Below, in pieces: positions 8,472 through 18,033 of a stretch of 64,000 nucleotides of DNA (its first letter is position 1; each line of letters starts with the position of its first letter). Under the pieces are notes generated by a model, which was given only the letters and a program-made list of their open reading frames with translations, ran no database searches and had not been told where the DNA came from. The DNA is from a virus. Position numbers and translations under genes: made by a program. Location: IMG/VR virus record IMGVR_UViG_3300045988_134806, positions 1-64,000 of that record. One strand, written 5' to 3'.

Positions 8472-9715
8472 GTTTTGATTTTGGAAGTTTTGCAGGCGGA
8501 GTTTCCAAGACTTGGGATTCTAAGGCCATTGGCGGAGCGATCAATCAAGGAATGCTGAACCAAGATGTTCAAGCCGCGGAAGATAAAGCTAAGGAAGATC
8601 AGGCGGCTCTGGAGCATTTAAAAAAGGCTCAGGCTGAAAAGGGCCATCGTGTCCAAGACGACACCGGAGAAATGTTCACTTATGGAGCATCAAGAGCAGT
8701 TGATGACGATTGGGTAAAGAAGCAGCAGGAAAGATCTGCAAATAATAGAACCGAAGCAATTAAAACTGCGTATACCAAGTGGAAGTCTCCCGAGGCCTAC
8801 AACGCCTATCTGAAGTCCGAGGCCGAGGGTTCCAAGGCAAGCTTTGAAAAGTTCGTGACCGACGGCAAGATGAGCTTTGCTAAAGAGCTAAGGGACCTCA
8901 GAAGCAACAAAGCAGCTATGGTTGAAAAAGCCGTGGAAATGGGCCAACTCCCGAAGGGGTCTGTTTTTGATCCAAAGTCCGGTCAAGTTTTAACACCGGG
9001 CCAGAACGGTCAGATGGTTCCCATGCCGATTTCAGATGCGGACATTAACAGCTTTATGGATTCTTACGAGCTGCAAGGCTGGAGAAAGTTCGGTGCCGGT
9101 GTGGATGACTTTTTGAAAGGTCAGCAGGCTGAGATTGCCTTGGCAACCAAGGGAGATCAGATCGAAGCAGCGGGTCTTAAGAACAAAGAAACTAAAGCCA
9201 AAATTAACTATTTGGACAGAAGAGGTAAAGCGGCGATTATCGCGGCCGGTAGTAAAGGAACTACCGGAGGTGCGGCAAAGCCTCGCAAGGTTAAACTTGG
9301 CGATCCAGATGAGAATGGGACTCAGCTTGAAAGAGACGCAGAGACTCAGCAGCCGACCGGCTATTCAACTGATGCCCGTGGAAGCCGCTGGCCTAATGAG
9401 TTCCCTACAAATCAAGCTTATCAAGAAGCCCTCGCTGTGGCAAAAAAAGCTGGCGTCGAGATTATTCAAAACAAAGAAGGTGCGATTGCTTACCAAGCTG
9501 GATCTAAGCGCTTTAATTCTCTTTCCCAAGCAAACGCCTACGCCATGGGCTACGCAAAGGAAGTAAACAACAACGCTAAGCAGAAGAGAGCTCAAGCCAT
9601 TCAGACCGAAGCGCGTTCTCCTACCGGAAGGGCGAGGACAAAGGCGATCCAAGATGCAGCTCTGAAGCTTGTTGAGGAAGAAGAGAACCCTTACGGGGAC
9701 TACTACGCGGAGTAA
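8468..9715 (+). CDS. hypothetical protein (415 aa), putative virion/ejection protein
   Basis: Long ORF translationally coupled on both sides. Charged, Lys/Ala/Gln-rich. No motif recognised. Confidence 0.6.
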   Translation: MSFDFGSFAGGVSKTWDSKAIGGAINQGMLNQDVQAAEDKAKEDQAALEHLKKAQAEKGHRVQDDTGEMFTYGASRAVDDDWVKKQQERSANNRTEAIKTAYTKWKSPEAYNAYLKSEAEGSKASFEKFVTDGKMSFAKELRDLRSNKAAMVEKAVEMGQLPKGSVFDPKSGQVLTPGQNGQMVPMPISDADINSFMDSYELQGWRKFGAGVDDFLKGQQAEIALATKGDQIEAAGLKNKETKAKINYLDRRGKAAIIAAGSKGTTGGAAKPRKVKLGDPDENGTQLERDAETQQPTGYSTDARGSRWPNEFPTNQAYQEALAVAKKAGVEIIQNKEGAIAYQAGSKRFNSLSQANAYAMGYAKEVNNNAKQKRAQAIQTEARSPTGRARTKAIQDAALKLVEEEENPYGDYYAE

Positions 9716-9718
9716 AAC

Positions 9719-12700
9719 ATGCAGGACGACGATTGGAAAGTCATTGATAGGGACCCCGGAACTATCTCTTATAACTACGAACCGACAAAACAGCAAAACG
9801 CAGACGGTAGTTTGTTTTCCACGGACGCTTTCCGTGATACAGCAATCTCTTTGGGAAAAGGTCTTTCCTCGTTGGGTACGGGAGTTGTTGACGCCCTCGC
9901 CTTGGGGGCCTCTCAAGGATACAACGCACTGAATGCAGAACTCTACGAAAAAGCTGGCCTGGAAGCTCCTAAAAAGTACAGCATGAATGCAGAGCTGAGA
10001 AAATCGGGAGTGATGAACCCAGAGGCGATCAATTCTTGGTGGAATGACAAATACTCTGAAGGCACAAAGCAAGCTCTTCAGAACGTAAGTGAAGCCGAAG
10101 GTTTCTGGGACACTCTTGTTGCGTATGCGCAGAATCCCAGAGCCGTAATGGCGAGCATCGCAGAGAGTGCTCCTGCCATGCTGCCGGTTTTCGGCACCGC
10201 AGGCAAAGCTTACAAAGCTGCTGAAGCAGCCGGACTTGCCAAGGGGCTGGCAGGCAAAGAGCTTGAAAACTACATCAAACGTCGAGTTATGGTCGCTTCA
10301 GGGGCTGCCGAAGGCGCAGTATCTTCTGCCGCGGCCTCTCAGGCAATCGGCCAAGATAACTTGGAGAACAGCAGAGACTATTCCGAAGGACAGGGTTGGG
10401 CACTTCCTATCGGTGTTACGACAGGTGTTGTCGGGCAGCTTAACCCGATGGAAGCCAATATTATGACTAAGGGCCTCGTTAAAGGGGTCTTGATGAAAGA
10501 GGCGATTAAGACAGGTCAGCCTGTCTCTATGCTTAAGAGCACAGGCGGAGCCCTTGGAAGAGCCGGAATGTCTGCGGTTAAAGAAGGCGGAGAAGAAGTC
10601 GCTCAGGGTGTCTTTGAAACAGGCTTTACCAATCTCGGACAGAAGAAAGAGTTTATGGATGACCAAGGCAAATCAGCGGCTGAAAACTTCGTTGTCGGCG
10701 GAGCTATGGGTGTCGGGATGCATCCGTTCACGAACGGCGGCTTCCATAAAGGCAGCGCCGAGCAGGCGATTAACAACGGTTCCCCGACTCAGCAGGTTCA
10801 AGAGCAGTCTCAGCAAGCTATTCCGCTTCTTCCTTACGACAGACCTTTGGGTGCCGACGGCCGTGGCGGCGTGATGGTAGGACCGGGTTCTGACAGTCCG
10901 AGTCCGAGAATGAGGCTCAATCCTGAGGAACAGTCTCAAGTCACTCAGGCAACCACAGACGCTCAGAACCCTAACGCTCAAGTGCAGCAGCCCGTGGAAA
11001 CTCAGCAGCCCACGATGTCTCCTGAAGAGGCTGAGCTCGCCCAGATGGAAGCCGAAGAATCAGCGAGACGCCAAGCTGTTATTGATAAGTATGGGCTGGA
11101 GTTTAACCGGGAGCACGGTACAGCGTTTGCCGATGTAACTCGGAATATCACTGACGAAGCCGAAAAAGACTTCCACGCGAAAATCCTCCAAGCTGCCGGA
11201 ATGATGGGTATCAAAAATCCGTTCAAAGAAAAAGAGGCTGCTGCGAATTTTGCTACTGAATACAGGACTTTCGGAGGGGATCTTGCCAAGCTTGCAGAGT
11301 TCTACAGAAACATCGGCATAAAAGCCGAAAACGATGCCGGAAAGAAACAGGGTGCGCTTCGTCAAGCGGAGTTTTATCAGCAGTTAGCCGACCTCTTGGA
11401 AGGCGGAGAACTCTTGAACTTCGAGCAGCGTCGCGCTCGTAAAGAAGAGAAGAAAGCAGCTCAGGCAGCAGAGATACAGGCCGCACAAGTGCAGCAGACA
11501 GCAGAGCAGATGATGGCTCAGGAACCCGCCCCTGTGGAAGCTCAGCCCGAGGTGAAGACTCAGCCGAAACCGGAAGCTCCTAAGCTCTCCGGCGTCATTC
11601 CTTCCGAAGAAGAGATGTCAGACATGCAGTATGACAAGACTCGCCAATACAGAGGTGAAGTCGCTGCGGTTATGTCCCGCTTGGAAAAAGAAGGGAAGAT
11701 TACTCCAGAGCAGAAAGAAAAAGTTTTTGGTCTGTTTAACAGAAACCCTAAAAAATATAAGGTGCTCGATAATTACAAAGCTGCGATGCACGCGCTTAAA
11801 GACATCGAGAATCCTCAGCCTCCGAAGGAAGCTAAGTCCACAAGGAAGACTTTAACTAAAGAGGCGGAAGAAACTTGGCTGGCGCAAGGCAAGCTTACAC
11901 CCGAAGCGCGCCAAATACTGGGTTATACCGACGCAGAGGCAGATCAGCTGGAAAGTATCAACAAACTTTTTACTACAAAAGAAGTACCGGCCCATGCCAA
12001 GCAGGTAAACAAGCTTAACAGCCTAATTATGCATGGCGACTCTCGCGGAGCCAAGCAGCTTGCTGAACTGATGACAAAGCGGGCCGAAGCTTTACATGTC
12101 AAGGAGTACATCGAAAGCGAAGAGATGCAAGGGAGCGATGTTGATAAATTTAACTCTCTTGTTGCAGAAGAACGGTACCAAGAAGCCCTGACGATGGCTT
12201 ACAAGCCTTTTAGCGAAGGCGGCTTGGAGCTGAGCCGTGAAGAAATAAATTCTATCGACCCTTCAAGACTGAAAAAAGAAGGGGAAGCGATCAATAAGGG
12301 TACAGAGGAAGAAGGGGAAGGACAGTCTGCTGGAGAAGACTTGGAAAAGTCTGAAGAAAATTCTAATGAGGGTTCAGTAGAAGATATCGGCAGAGTAGAA
12401 GCTGAACAGAACGGAGAAAGCGGCTCCGATACTATCGGTGTTGCTGCAAGGGCGAAGGGCGGTACTGAGAAAGCAGGCCGTGCAATGGCTGCGAAGCATT
12501 CTAAGACTGTTGCCAAAAAAGAAGAGGATCGTTCCAAGGGCACAGTCAAAATAACTAAAGGTGAAGATGTAAAAGAAAAGCTTGAAGTTATCCCTCCGAA
12601 GGAGAAAGGAAAGGTTGATTTCTCCAAGAAGTTGGAGAATACGGACAAGTCTCGCACCGAGGAAACGAAGGCCGTAGAAGAAGCTGATAAAGCTGCTGCT

Positions 12701-15700
12701 AAAGCAGAAGCCAAAACGGAAGAACCGAAGAAAGCTAAATTCGGAGAAGCTCTGAAAAAGGCCTTTGACGAAGCGAAAGAGAAAGCTAAAACGGAAGGGG
12801 AAAGCAAACCCATAGAGCTTAAATCGGCCCCGAAATCTCCCAAAGATCCGTTTAAAGGGACTGAGGAGAACAAGGCTACTGTCTCTGCCGTGGAAGGAAA
12901 AGAAAAAGATGCCAAGGCAGTTGCTAAGGCAGAGATGAAGGTGCGCTCAATTCTTGAGAGCATGCAGGATTACTTAGACGGGAAGAGAAAGAAGAGACTC
13001 TCGGAAAACCAAGTAGACCTTGTCAATGAACTTAAAGACAAGGGCTTCCTGTTTGTAGACGACGAAAAGGTCCTTGACGACTATAAGAAGCGTATTGAAA
13101 CCAAATTTGGAAAATCAACACGCCATGCCTCAAAGTCTGCAAAGACTGATCCTGAAACATCCCGAATTAGAGGGCTCCAAAGACTCCAAGAAGCCTTGGA
13201 AAATAGGACATCCGCACATCGGGCGATGTGGAGTAAACCGATCAGTATGTGGAGCCCGTCTTTGAACGGATGGGTTGATTTTGACTATGGGAGACTTGGA
13301 AGCATTATCGACGAAAACTTCACCACAAAAGGAGCTATGGGTGTTTCCCATATTGTCGATAAGAGAAGTTTAGCTCAAGGATTAAATCCTGCCGAAGTGG
13401 CCTTAGTCTTAAGAGAGATGGTTAACACTGTAGCTTATGGAGAACAGGTTAAGGCACATGAAAAAGCAGTACTCTTAAAGAGTGACAAGTTCAAGGTTGT
13501 TCTTTCGAAGAGCGGAGGAAACTCGTATGTAATTACGGGTTTCGGTAAGATAAACAAAGGGGAAGCTGTGTCCTCCGGCACGTCAGACACAGTTTATTCC
13601 GCTCAAGCCAATTTGGACGCCCATGGCAAGAGCATACCCCCGATCCTAGAGAGAGAAAAGAACCTTTCTAGGATCGTAAAAATTATCGCAGACCAAAAGC
13701 TTCTTTTCAAGGGTGACGAGCTCAAAGCACGCAAAGCTTCCAAGAGTTCTCTGACCGAAAAACAGAAGAAGCAGAACTACAACGATGTCCGAAACGGCCT
13801 GAATAAGTCGTGGGGCGTTTCAACGACTAAAGAGCTGCTGGACTCCGGAAAGGTGGTGATCTGTGATTCCAACGAAGGGTTCATTGACACTATCGTCAAA
13901 GATTACCTTGCCAAGGACCCGAACTTGTCAGAGGAAGAAGTCAGAAACACTCTCCACGAAGAAGGTCTTGACAAAGGAACGAACGCTATTTACGACGAGA
14001 ACACAGGGAAGGTCTACATCAACGGCGAAAACGTTGATGAAAATGAGGCAGGCTCGGTACTTGCACATGAAATCGGTGTACACGCTGCTAAAGACTCTGA
14101 GTTCAAGGGGCTTGTCAAAGACATCGAAGACCGTGTCGCGACTTTGATGGCAGAAGGATTAAAGAGCAAGAACCCTGCGGTAAAGAAGTTTTGGGAAGAT
14201 GTTAAACGCCGGATGGATGACGCCGATGTTTCTGACAACGAAGAAAGACTTGCCTACTTCTTGGAAGTCTACGTTAAACGAAACGGCGTTATCCCTCAGT
14301 CCATCCAGTCTGAAATGTATCAGGCCATCGGCCAACTTAAGGACTGGCTTCTTAAGTTCCTTGGTATTAAGAGCATCAATGAGCACAAGGCAGCCGAGCT
14401 TCTATGTGACGTAGTGAGAGCTTACGCCGATCAGAGCGCTATGGAGAAGGGCGGCGGTCGTCATGCTTCCAAGAAAGGTAAAAACGATAAAAGCGACAAA
14501 CCCAAGAAACCCCGCAAGCAGCTCACACCCGAAGAAAAGGAAAAGAAAGAGAAGGAAAAGCTTGCCAAGATGACACCGTCGCAGAGGGCAAGTTATGAGC
14601 GGCGAAAAAAGATCGCCGATCTTAAGAAGGAAGTACAGAAGCAGAAAGACTTTAGAGAAGGCGAAGCCTACAGAGATCAAAAAGCTCAAGAGGAGGACAT
14701 GAAGGACTTCAATGACCTCCAAGGTGGGAAGCCTATTGTTGAGGTTGTCAAAAGCCGAAGTGAAAGAGCTTCCGGCATGGAAAAGCAGGCGTATGCAATC
14801 GGCGAAAAAGTTCTCGCTTATCTTAAACGGGCGGCTACATACTTAAACTTTAGATTCCTTAAGTTCACCAATGAGCTCGTAAACGATATCGGTGAAAGAT
14901 GCCCCGCTGCCAAGGTCTGGTATAACGAACTGTTGGAATGGGGCAAGGACCGTCAGAAGTACAGAGCAGAAGCTCAAGAGATTTTCTCTCGTTTTGACAA
15001 GTTCCCTAAGAACGTAAAAGACGAAGTTGAAAGCCTTCTCTTTGACAGCACCACGTCAGGGCAGTGGGCCTTCGATATTTCTGACTGGAAAGATGCTAAG
15101 GGCAATAACCTCACAGCAGAAAAATATTCCATCAATCCAGAACTTGAGGCTCGCTTCGATGAGCTGGCTAAAAATAATCCGCAGGCAGCGATGGTTGTCT
15201 ATGACACACTGAAACACGGCTACGATCGTTTCATCCAAATCAAGACCAAGATCGACACTGTCGGCAAAGCTGTCTTCGGAGATAAGTATCGTTCGCTGAT
15301 TAAGATGCCAAAGAGCGTCATGCCCTACGTACCCTTGGTTCGTACAGGTCAATACAATGTTGTGTGGCGGAGCCATCAGCTCAAGGCCGAGTACTTGATG
15401 CTGGATAAGCTCAAAGCAGAACGTGATGCATACGAAGAAAAGAAACAGGATATACCTAGCGCGCTAACCAATGCGATTAAGAACACTGAAAGCAAGATTG
15501 ATGCAATGGAACGCAACGAGAACCATTATGTCGTGTCTCGTTTCGACAGCCTCGCCAAGGCGATTGACTTCCAGTCGGAACTTAACGGCCGACAGCGTGA
15601 CAACCAAGCCACGCTGACAGATGTCGGCGATCAACAGAAGAAGTCTCTGACCGGTCAGGCCAACATCGACCGCATGCTCTCTGACTTTGAAGAGAAGTTC

Positions 15701-17677
15701 GAAGAGCACTATGGCAAAGGCATGGGGGTCGCCATGCGTCAGACTGTCCAAGAAATGCTCTTGGAAAGCGCGCAAAAGACCCTGCACTCTGCCACCAAGC
15801 AGAGAAGAAACATTGCCGGTGCCAACCCGCACGTCATGGAAACATTCATGCACCACGCCAATACGGATGCTTGGATGCTCTCCAACCTTGACCATGGCAA
15901 GAAAATATCCAATGCCTTCACAACCCTTTATAAAGAAGTAGAAGCGTTCCGCAACAGTCCGAAAACTGAGGACCAAAAGGAAGCAACGGAGCTAAGTGAC
16001 ATCTATAACGAACTTGCTCGTCGTTACAACTTCATTACCAAACGAGAAGATCACGGTCTGACAGATGACGTAGTCGAAGGGGTTCGGGCATTTAACACGT
16101 TCAGTATGCTGTCCCTGAAACCTGCATACTATATTCAGAACGCTCTCCAGCCGACCATGATGACAATGCCTTATCTATCGGGCGAGTTCGGTGTCGGCCA
16201 AACCATGGCTCAGATGAAGCACTCTTACGGAGAATGGCTGGGCTTTGTGAAAAAGACTTGGGGCACAGCAGAAACCAAAAGAGAAAAATACCACGCCATC
16301 AGCAACATTATGGATGCCATTCAGGGTTCCAAGCTTCCTGAAGACATAAAGGAAATGCTTCTTGATATGGAGCGCCTGAATCTTCTTGACTTAGGTGCTC
16401 AGGCCGACTTTGGAAGCTTCCGTGGAAACAACGCGCTTCTAAAAATGGCGAACAAAGGCATGACCGAACTCGGGTACCTAGCCCGAAGCGTAGAACTTGC
16501 CAACCGTTATGTGACTGCCACAGCGGCTTACCGCATGATGAAGACCAAGCTGTTAAGCCAAAAGGCAACAAAAGAAGAAGCGGAAGCCGGTGCCAAAGAA
16601 TATGCTGCCAAGGTTTTAAGTAAAACTCAAGGCGACTACTCAGGAATCAATGCACCAAGTGCTTTCAACACGAAGTGGGGCAAGGTTGCGTTGCAGTTTA
16701 GAAAGTTCCAAGCCATCCAACTTAATTACTTCCTCGATATGGCCAAAGGAAGTTTTAAGGGTATGACCAAAGACGAAAGAGGCGTGTACCAAAAACAGCT
16801 CACCGTTGCTATCGCAACTCACTTGGTTATGGCAGGTATGAATGGGGCTCCGGCTATGGCGATCGGCTACATGCTTGCAGGAGCGTTATTCGGAGATGAC
16901 GGAGAAGATGGGGAAGATACCGTTCGCAGACTCTTAAGTGAAGCAGGTTGGAGCGGTGACATGATTGACATTGCAATGGAAGGGCCGTTAAGCGCCATCG
17001 GTATCAACCTCTCCAACTCGGTCGGAGCAGGCCAGATGTTCTCTCCGGTTCCTTACACCCGCAAGGGCCTTACGGAAGAAGGTGGAATGATGGAGTTCCT
17101 GACATCCGCATTCGGGGGTGCTACGGCAAGCCGACTGATAAGACTTCACACAGGCGCAGTCCAAAGCAAAGAAAGCAACAACTGGGGAAGACCCTTCTGG
17201 GAGGCTGCTCTTCCGGCAGGAATCCCTCAAATGCTCAAAGCCGCCCACATCATAGATCCCACAGTGGACAAGAGGACTGGTGCCAAGATGCTTAAGGACG
17301 AAGACTTCACAGTTTGGCATAGCTTTGTACAGGCCCTTGGCTTTACACCGAGCCCCGTGGAAAGAATGTATCAGATGAGAAACGTCGCTTATAAGACTCA
17401 GAAGGCAATCAAGGAAGAAAAGGGCGATCTAACGCGCCGTTGGATTGACGCCATGAAGAACCGAGATTACAAGGCGCAGTCGGAAATCCGAAAAGAGCTG
17501 CCTGAGCTTAATCGAAAGAGAAGAGCCAAGGGGTTCAAGCCTGTGACCATGAACGACCTGATGACTGCTTGGAAGACGCGCCAGAAGGAAGAAAAACTCA
17601 TGCAGAAGAATCATGGGCTCAAACTTCCGAACAGCCAGCAGGGGTTTGCCAAGCAGCTCAACAAAATTTACAATTAG
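9719..17677 (+). CDS. giant multidomain protein (2652 aa) with zincin HExxH motif; polyvalent/ejected virion protein candidate
   Basis: Uninterrupted 7.96-kb ORF. HEIGVH at nt 14066-14083. Glu/Lys-rich low-complexity region at about 12.2-13.0 kb. Gly/Ala-rich hydrophobic segments at both ends. Confidence 0.9.
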   Translation: MQDDDWKVIDRDPGTISYNYEPTKQQNADGSLFSTDAFRDTAISLGKGLSSLGTGVVDALALGASQGYNALNAELYEKAGLEAPKKYSMNAELRKSGVMNPEAINSWWNDKYSEGTKQALQNVSEAEGFWDTLVAYAQNPRAVMASIAESAPAMLPVFGTAGKAYKAAEAAGLAKGLAGKELENYIKRRVMVASGAAEGAVSSAAASQAIGQDNLENSRDYSEGQGWALPIGVTTGVVGQLNPMEANIMTKGLVKGVLMKEAIKTGQPVSMLKSTGGALGRAGMSAVKEGGEEVAQGVFETGFTNLGQKKEFMDDQGKSAAENFVVGGAMGVGMHPFTNGGFHKGSAEQAINNGSPTQQVQEQSQQAIPLLPYDRPLGADGRGGVMVGPGSDSPSPRMRLNPEEQSQVTQATTDAQNPNAQVQQPVETQQPTMSPEEAELAQMEAEESARRQAVIDKYGLEFNREHGTAFADVTRNITDEAEKDFHAKILQAAGMMGIKNPFKEKEAAANFATEYRTFGGDLAKLAEFYRNIGIKAENDAGKKQGALRQAEFYQQLADLLEGGELLNFEQRRARKEEKKAAQAAEIQAAQVQQTAEQMMAQEPAPVEAQPEVKTQPKPEAPKLSGVIPSEEEMSDMQYDKTRQYRGEVAAVMSRLEKEGKITPEQKEKVFGLFNRNPKKYKVLDNYKAAMHALKDIENPQPPKEAKSTRKTLTKEAEETWLAQGKLTPEARQILGYTDAEADQLESINKLFTTKEVPAHAKQVNKLNSLIMHGDSRGAKQLAELMTKRAEALHVKEYIESEEMQGSDVDKFNSLVAEERYQEALTMAYKPFSEGGLELSREEINSIDPSRLKKEGEAINKGTEEEGEGQSAGEDLEKSEENSNEGSVEDIGRVEAEQNGESGSDTIGVAARAKGGTEKAGRAMAAKHSKTVAKKEEDRSKGTVKITKGEDVKEKLEVIPPKEKGKVDFSKKLENTDKSRTEETKAVEEADKAAAKAEAKTEEPKKAKFGEALKKAFDEAKEKAKTEGESKPIELKSAPKSPKDPFKGTEENKATVSAVEGKEKDAKAVAKAEMKVRSILESMQDYLDGKRKKRLSENQVDLVNELKDKGFLFVDDEKVLDDYKKRIETKFGKSTRHASKSAKTDPETSRIRGLQRLQEALENRTSAHRAMWSKPISMWSPSLNGWVDFDYGRLGSIIDENFTTKGAMGVSHIVDKRSLAQGLNPAEVALVLREMVNTVAYGEQVKAHEKAVLLKSDKFKVVLSKSGGNSYVITGFGKINKGEAVSSGTSDTVYSAQANLDAHGKSIPPILEREKNLSRIVKIIADQKLLFKGDELKARKASKSSLTEKQKKQNYNDVRNGLNKSWGVSTTKELLDSGKVVICDSNEGFIDTIVKDYLAKDPNLSEEEVRNTLHEEGLDKGTNAIYDENTGKVYINGENVDENEAGSVLAHEIGVHAAKDSEFKGLVKDIEDRVATLMAEGLKSKNPAVKKFWEDVKRRMDDADVSDNEERLAYFLEVYVKRNGVIPQSIQSEMYQAIGQLKDWLLKFLGIKSINEHKAAELLCDVVRAYADQSAMEKGGGRHASKKGKNDKSDKPKKPRKQLTPEEKEKKEKEKLAKMTPSQRASYERRKKIADLKKEVQKQKDFREGEAYRDQKAQEEDMKDFNDLQGGKPIVEVVKSRSERASGMEKQAYAIGEKVLAYLKRAATYLNFRFLKFTNELVNDIGERCPAAKVWYNELLEWGKDRQKYRAEAQEIFSRFDKFPKNVKDEVESLLFDSTTSGQWAFDISDWKDAKGNNLTAEKYSINPELEARFDELAKNNPQAAMVVYDTLKHGYDRFIQIKTKIDTVGKAVFGDKYRSLIKMPKSVMPYVPLVRTGQYNVVWRSHQLKAEYLMLDKLKAERDAYEEKKQDIPSALTNAIKNTESKIDAMERNENHYVVSRFDSLAKAIDFQSELNGRQRDNQATLTDVGDQQKKSLTGQANIDRMLSDFEEKFEEHYGKGMGVAMRQTVQEMLLESAQKTLHSATKQRRNIAGANPHVMETFMHHANTDAWMLSNLDHGKKISNAFTTLYKEVEAFRNSPKTEDQKEATELSDIYNELARRYNFITKREDHGLTDDVVEGVRAFNTFSMLSLKPAYYIQNALQPTMMTMPYLSGEFGVGQTMAQMKHSYGEWLGFVKKTWGTAETKREKYHAISNIMDAIQGSKLPEDIKEMLLDMERLNLLDLGAQADFGSFRGNNALLKMANKGMTELGYLARSVELANRYVTATAAYRMMKTKLLSQKATKEEAEAGAKEYAAKVLSKTQGDYSGINAPSAFNTKWGKVALQFRKFQAIQLNYFLDMAKGSFKGMTKDERGVYQKQLTVAIATHLVMAGMNGAPAMAIGYMLAGALFGDDGEDGEDTVRRLLSEAGWSGDMIDIAMEGPLSAIGINLSNSVGAGQMFSPVPYTRKGLTEEGGMMEFLTSAFGGATASRLIRLHTGAVQSKESNNWGRPFWEAALPAGIPQMLKAAHIIDPTVDKRTGAKMLKDEDFTVWHSFVQALGFTPSPVERMYQMRNVAYKTQKAIKEEKGDLTRRWIDAMKNRDYKAQSEIRKELPELNRKRRAKGFKPVTMNDLMTAWKTRQKEEKLMQKNHGLKLPNSQQGFAKQLNKIYN

Positions 17678-17730
17678 AAGCGCAACATTATTTGAGTCTT
17701 GTATCTAACTCGACTATTAAAGAACAGTTT

Positions 17731-17756
17731 CCCCGCCTTGTGCGGGGATCTTTTTA
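17731..17756 (+). terminator. rho-independent terminator of the late operon
   Basis: CCCCGC-cttgt-GCGGGG followed by atcttttta, 54 nt after the giant gene stop. Confidence 0.75.
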
Positions 17757-18033
17757 TCTGGTACACAAAGTGGTACCCATAAAAAATAAATAATTTAATT
17801 ATCAATAGGTTGCTATTAAAATCGGCGACCACCTCTTCCGCCATTTTTATGTCCGCAAAGAACCTCTCTGAACCTCTCAGAGCTTTTTAAATTCATAAAA
17901 TCAAATAGTTATCTAGATTCACCCATTTGCGTTTGGACCTCTGTGAACCTCCATGAATGGCCCATAAACATCAAATGGTCGGTACACATGGTGGTACACT
18001 TTCCCAAAATTTCTTACTTTGTGTACCACAATC
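17757..18033. promoter_or_regulatory. attP-like region with repeated GGTACAC and GAACCTC motifs (candidate integrase arm sites / int regulatory region)
   Basis: GGTACAC or its complement at about 17761, 17981, 17992 and 18021, plus GGTACCC at 17772. GAACCTC(T) occurs twice at 17859-17881 and again near 17945. AT-rich, non-coding, directly upstream of int. Confidence 0.5.

Noticed and set aside
9135-10072. ORFs 9135..9566(+) and 9365..10072(-) overlapping genes 8468..9715 and 9719..17677
   Set aside because: They are alternative-frame or antisense ORFs within long, translationally coupled genes and have no supporting signals.
12199-12963. 254-aa minus-strand ORF inside the giant gene
   Set aside because: It is the antisense of the Glu/Lys-rich low-complexity segment (GAA/AAG repeats read as Ser/Phe/Leu). 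It has no independent signals and lies fully inside a 7.96-kb ORF.
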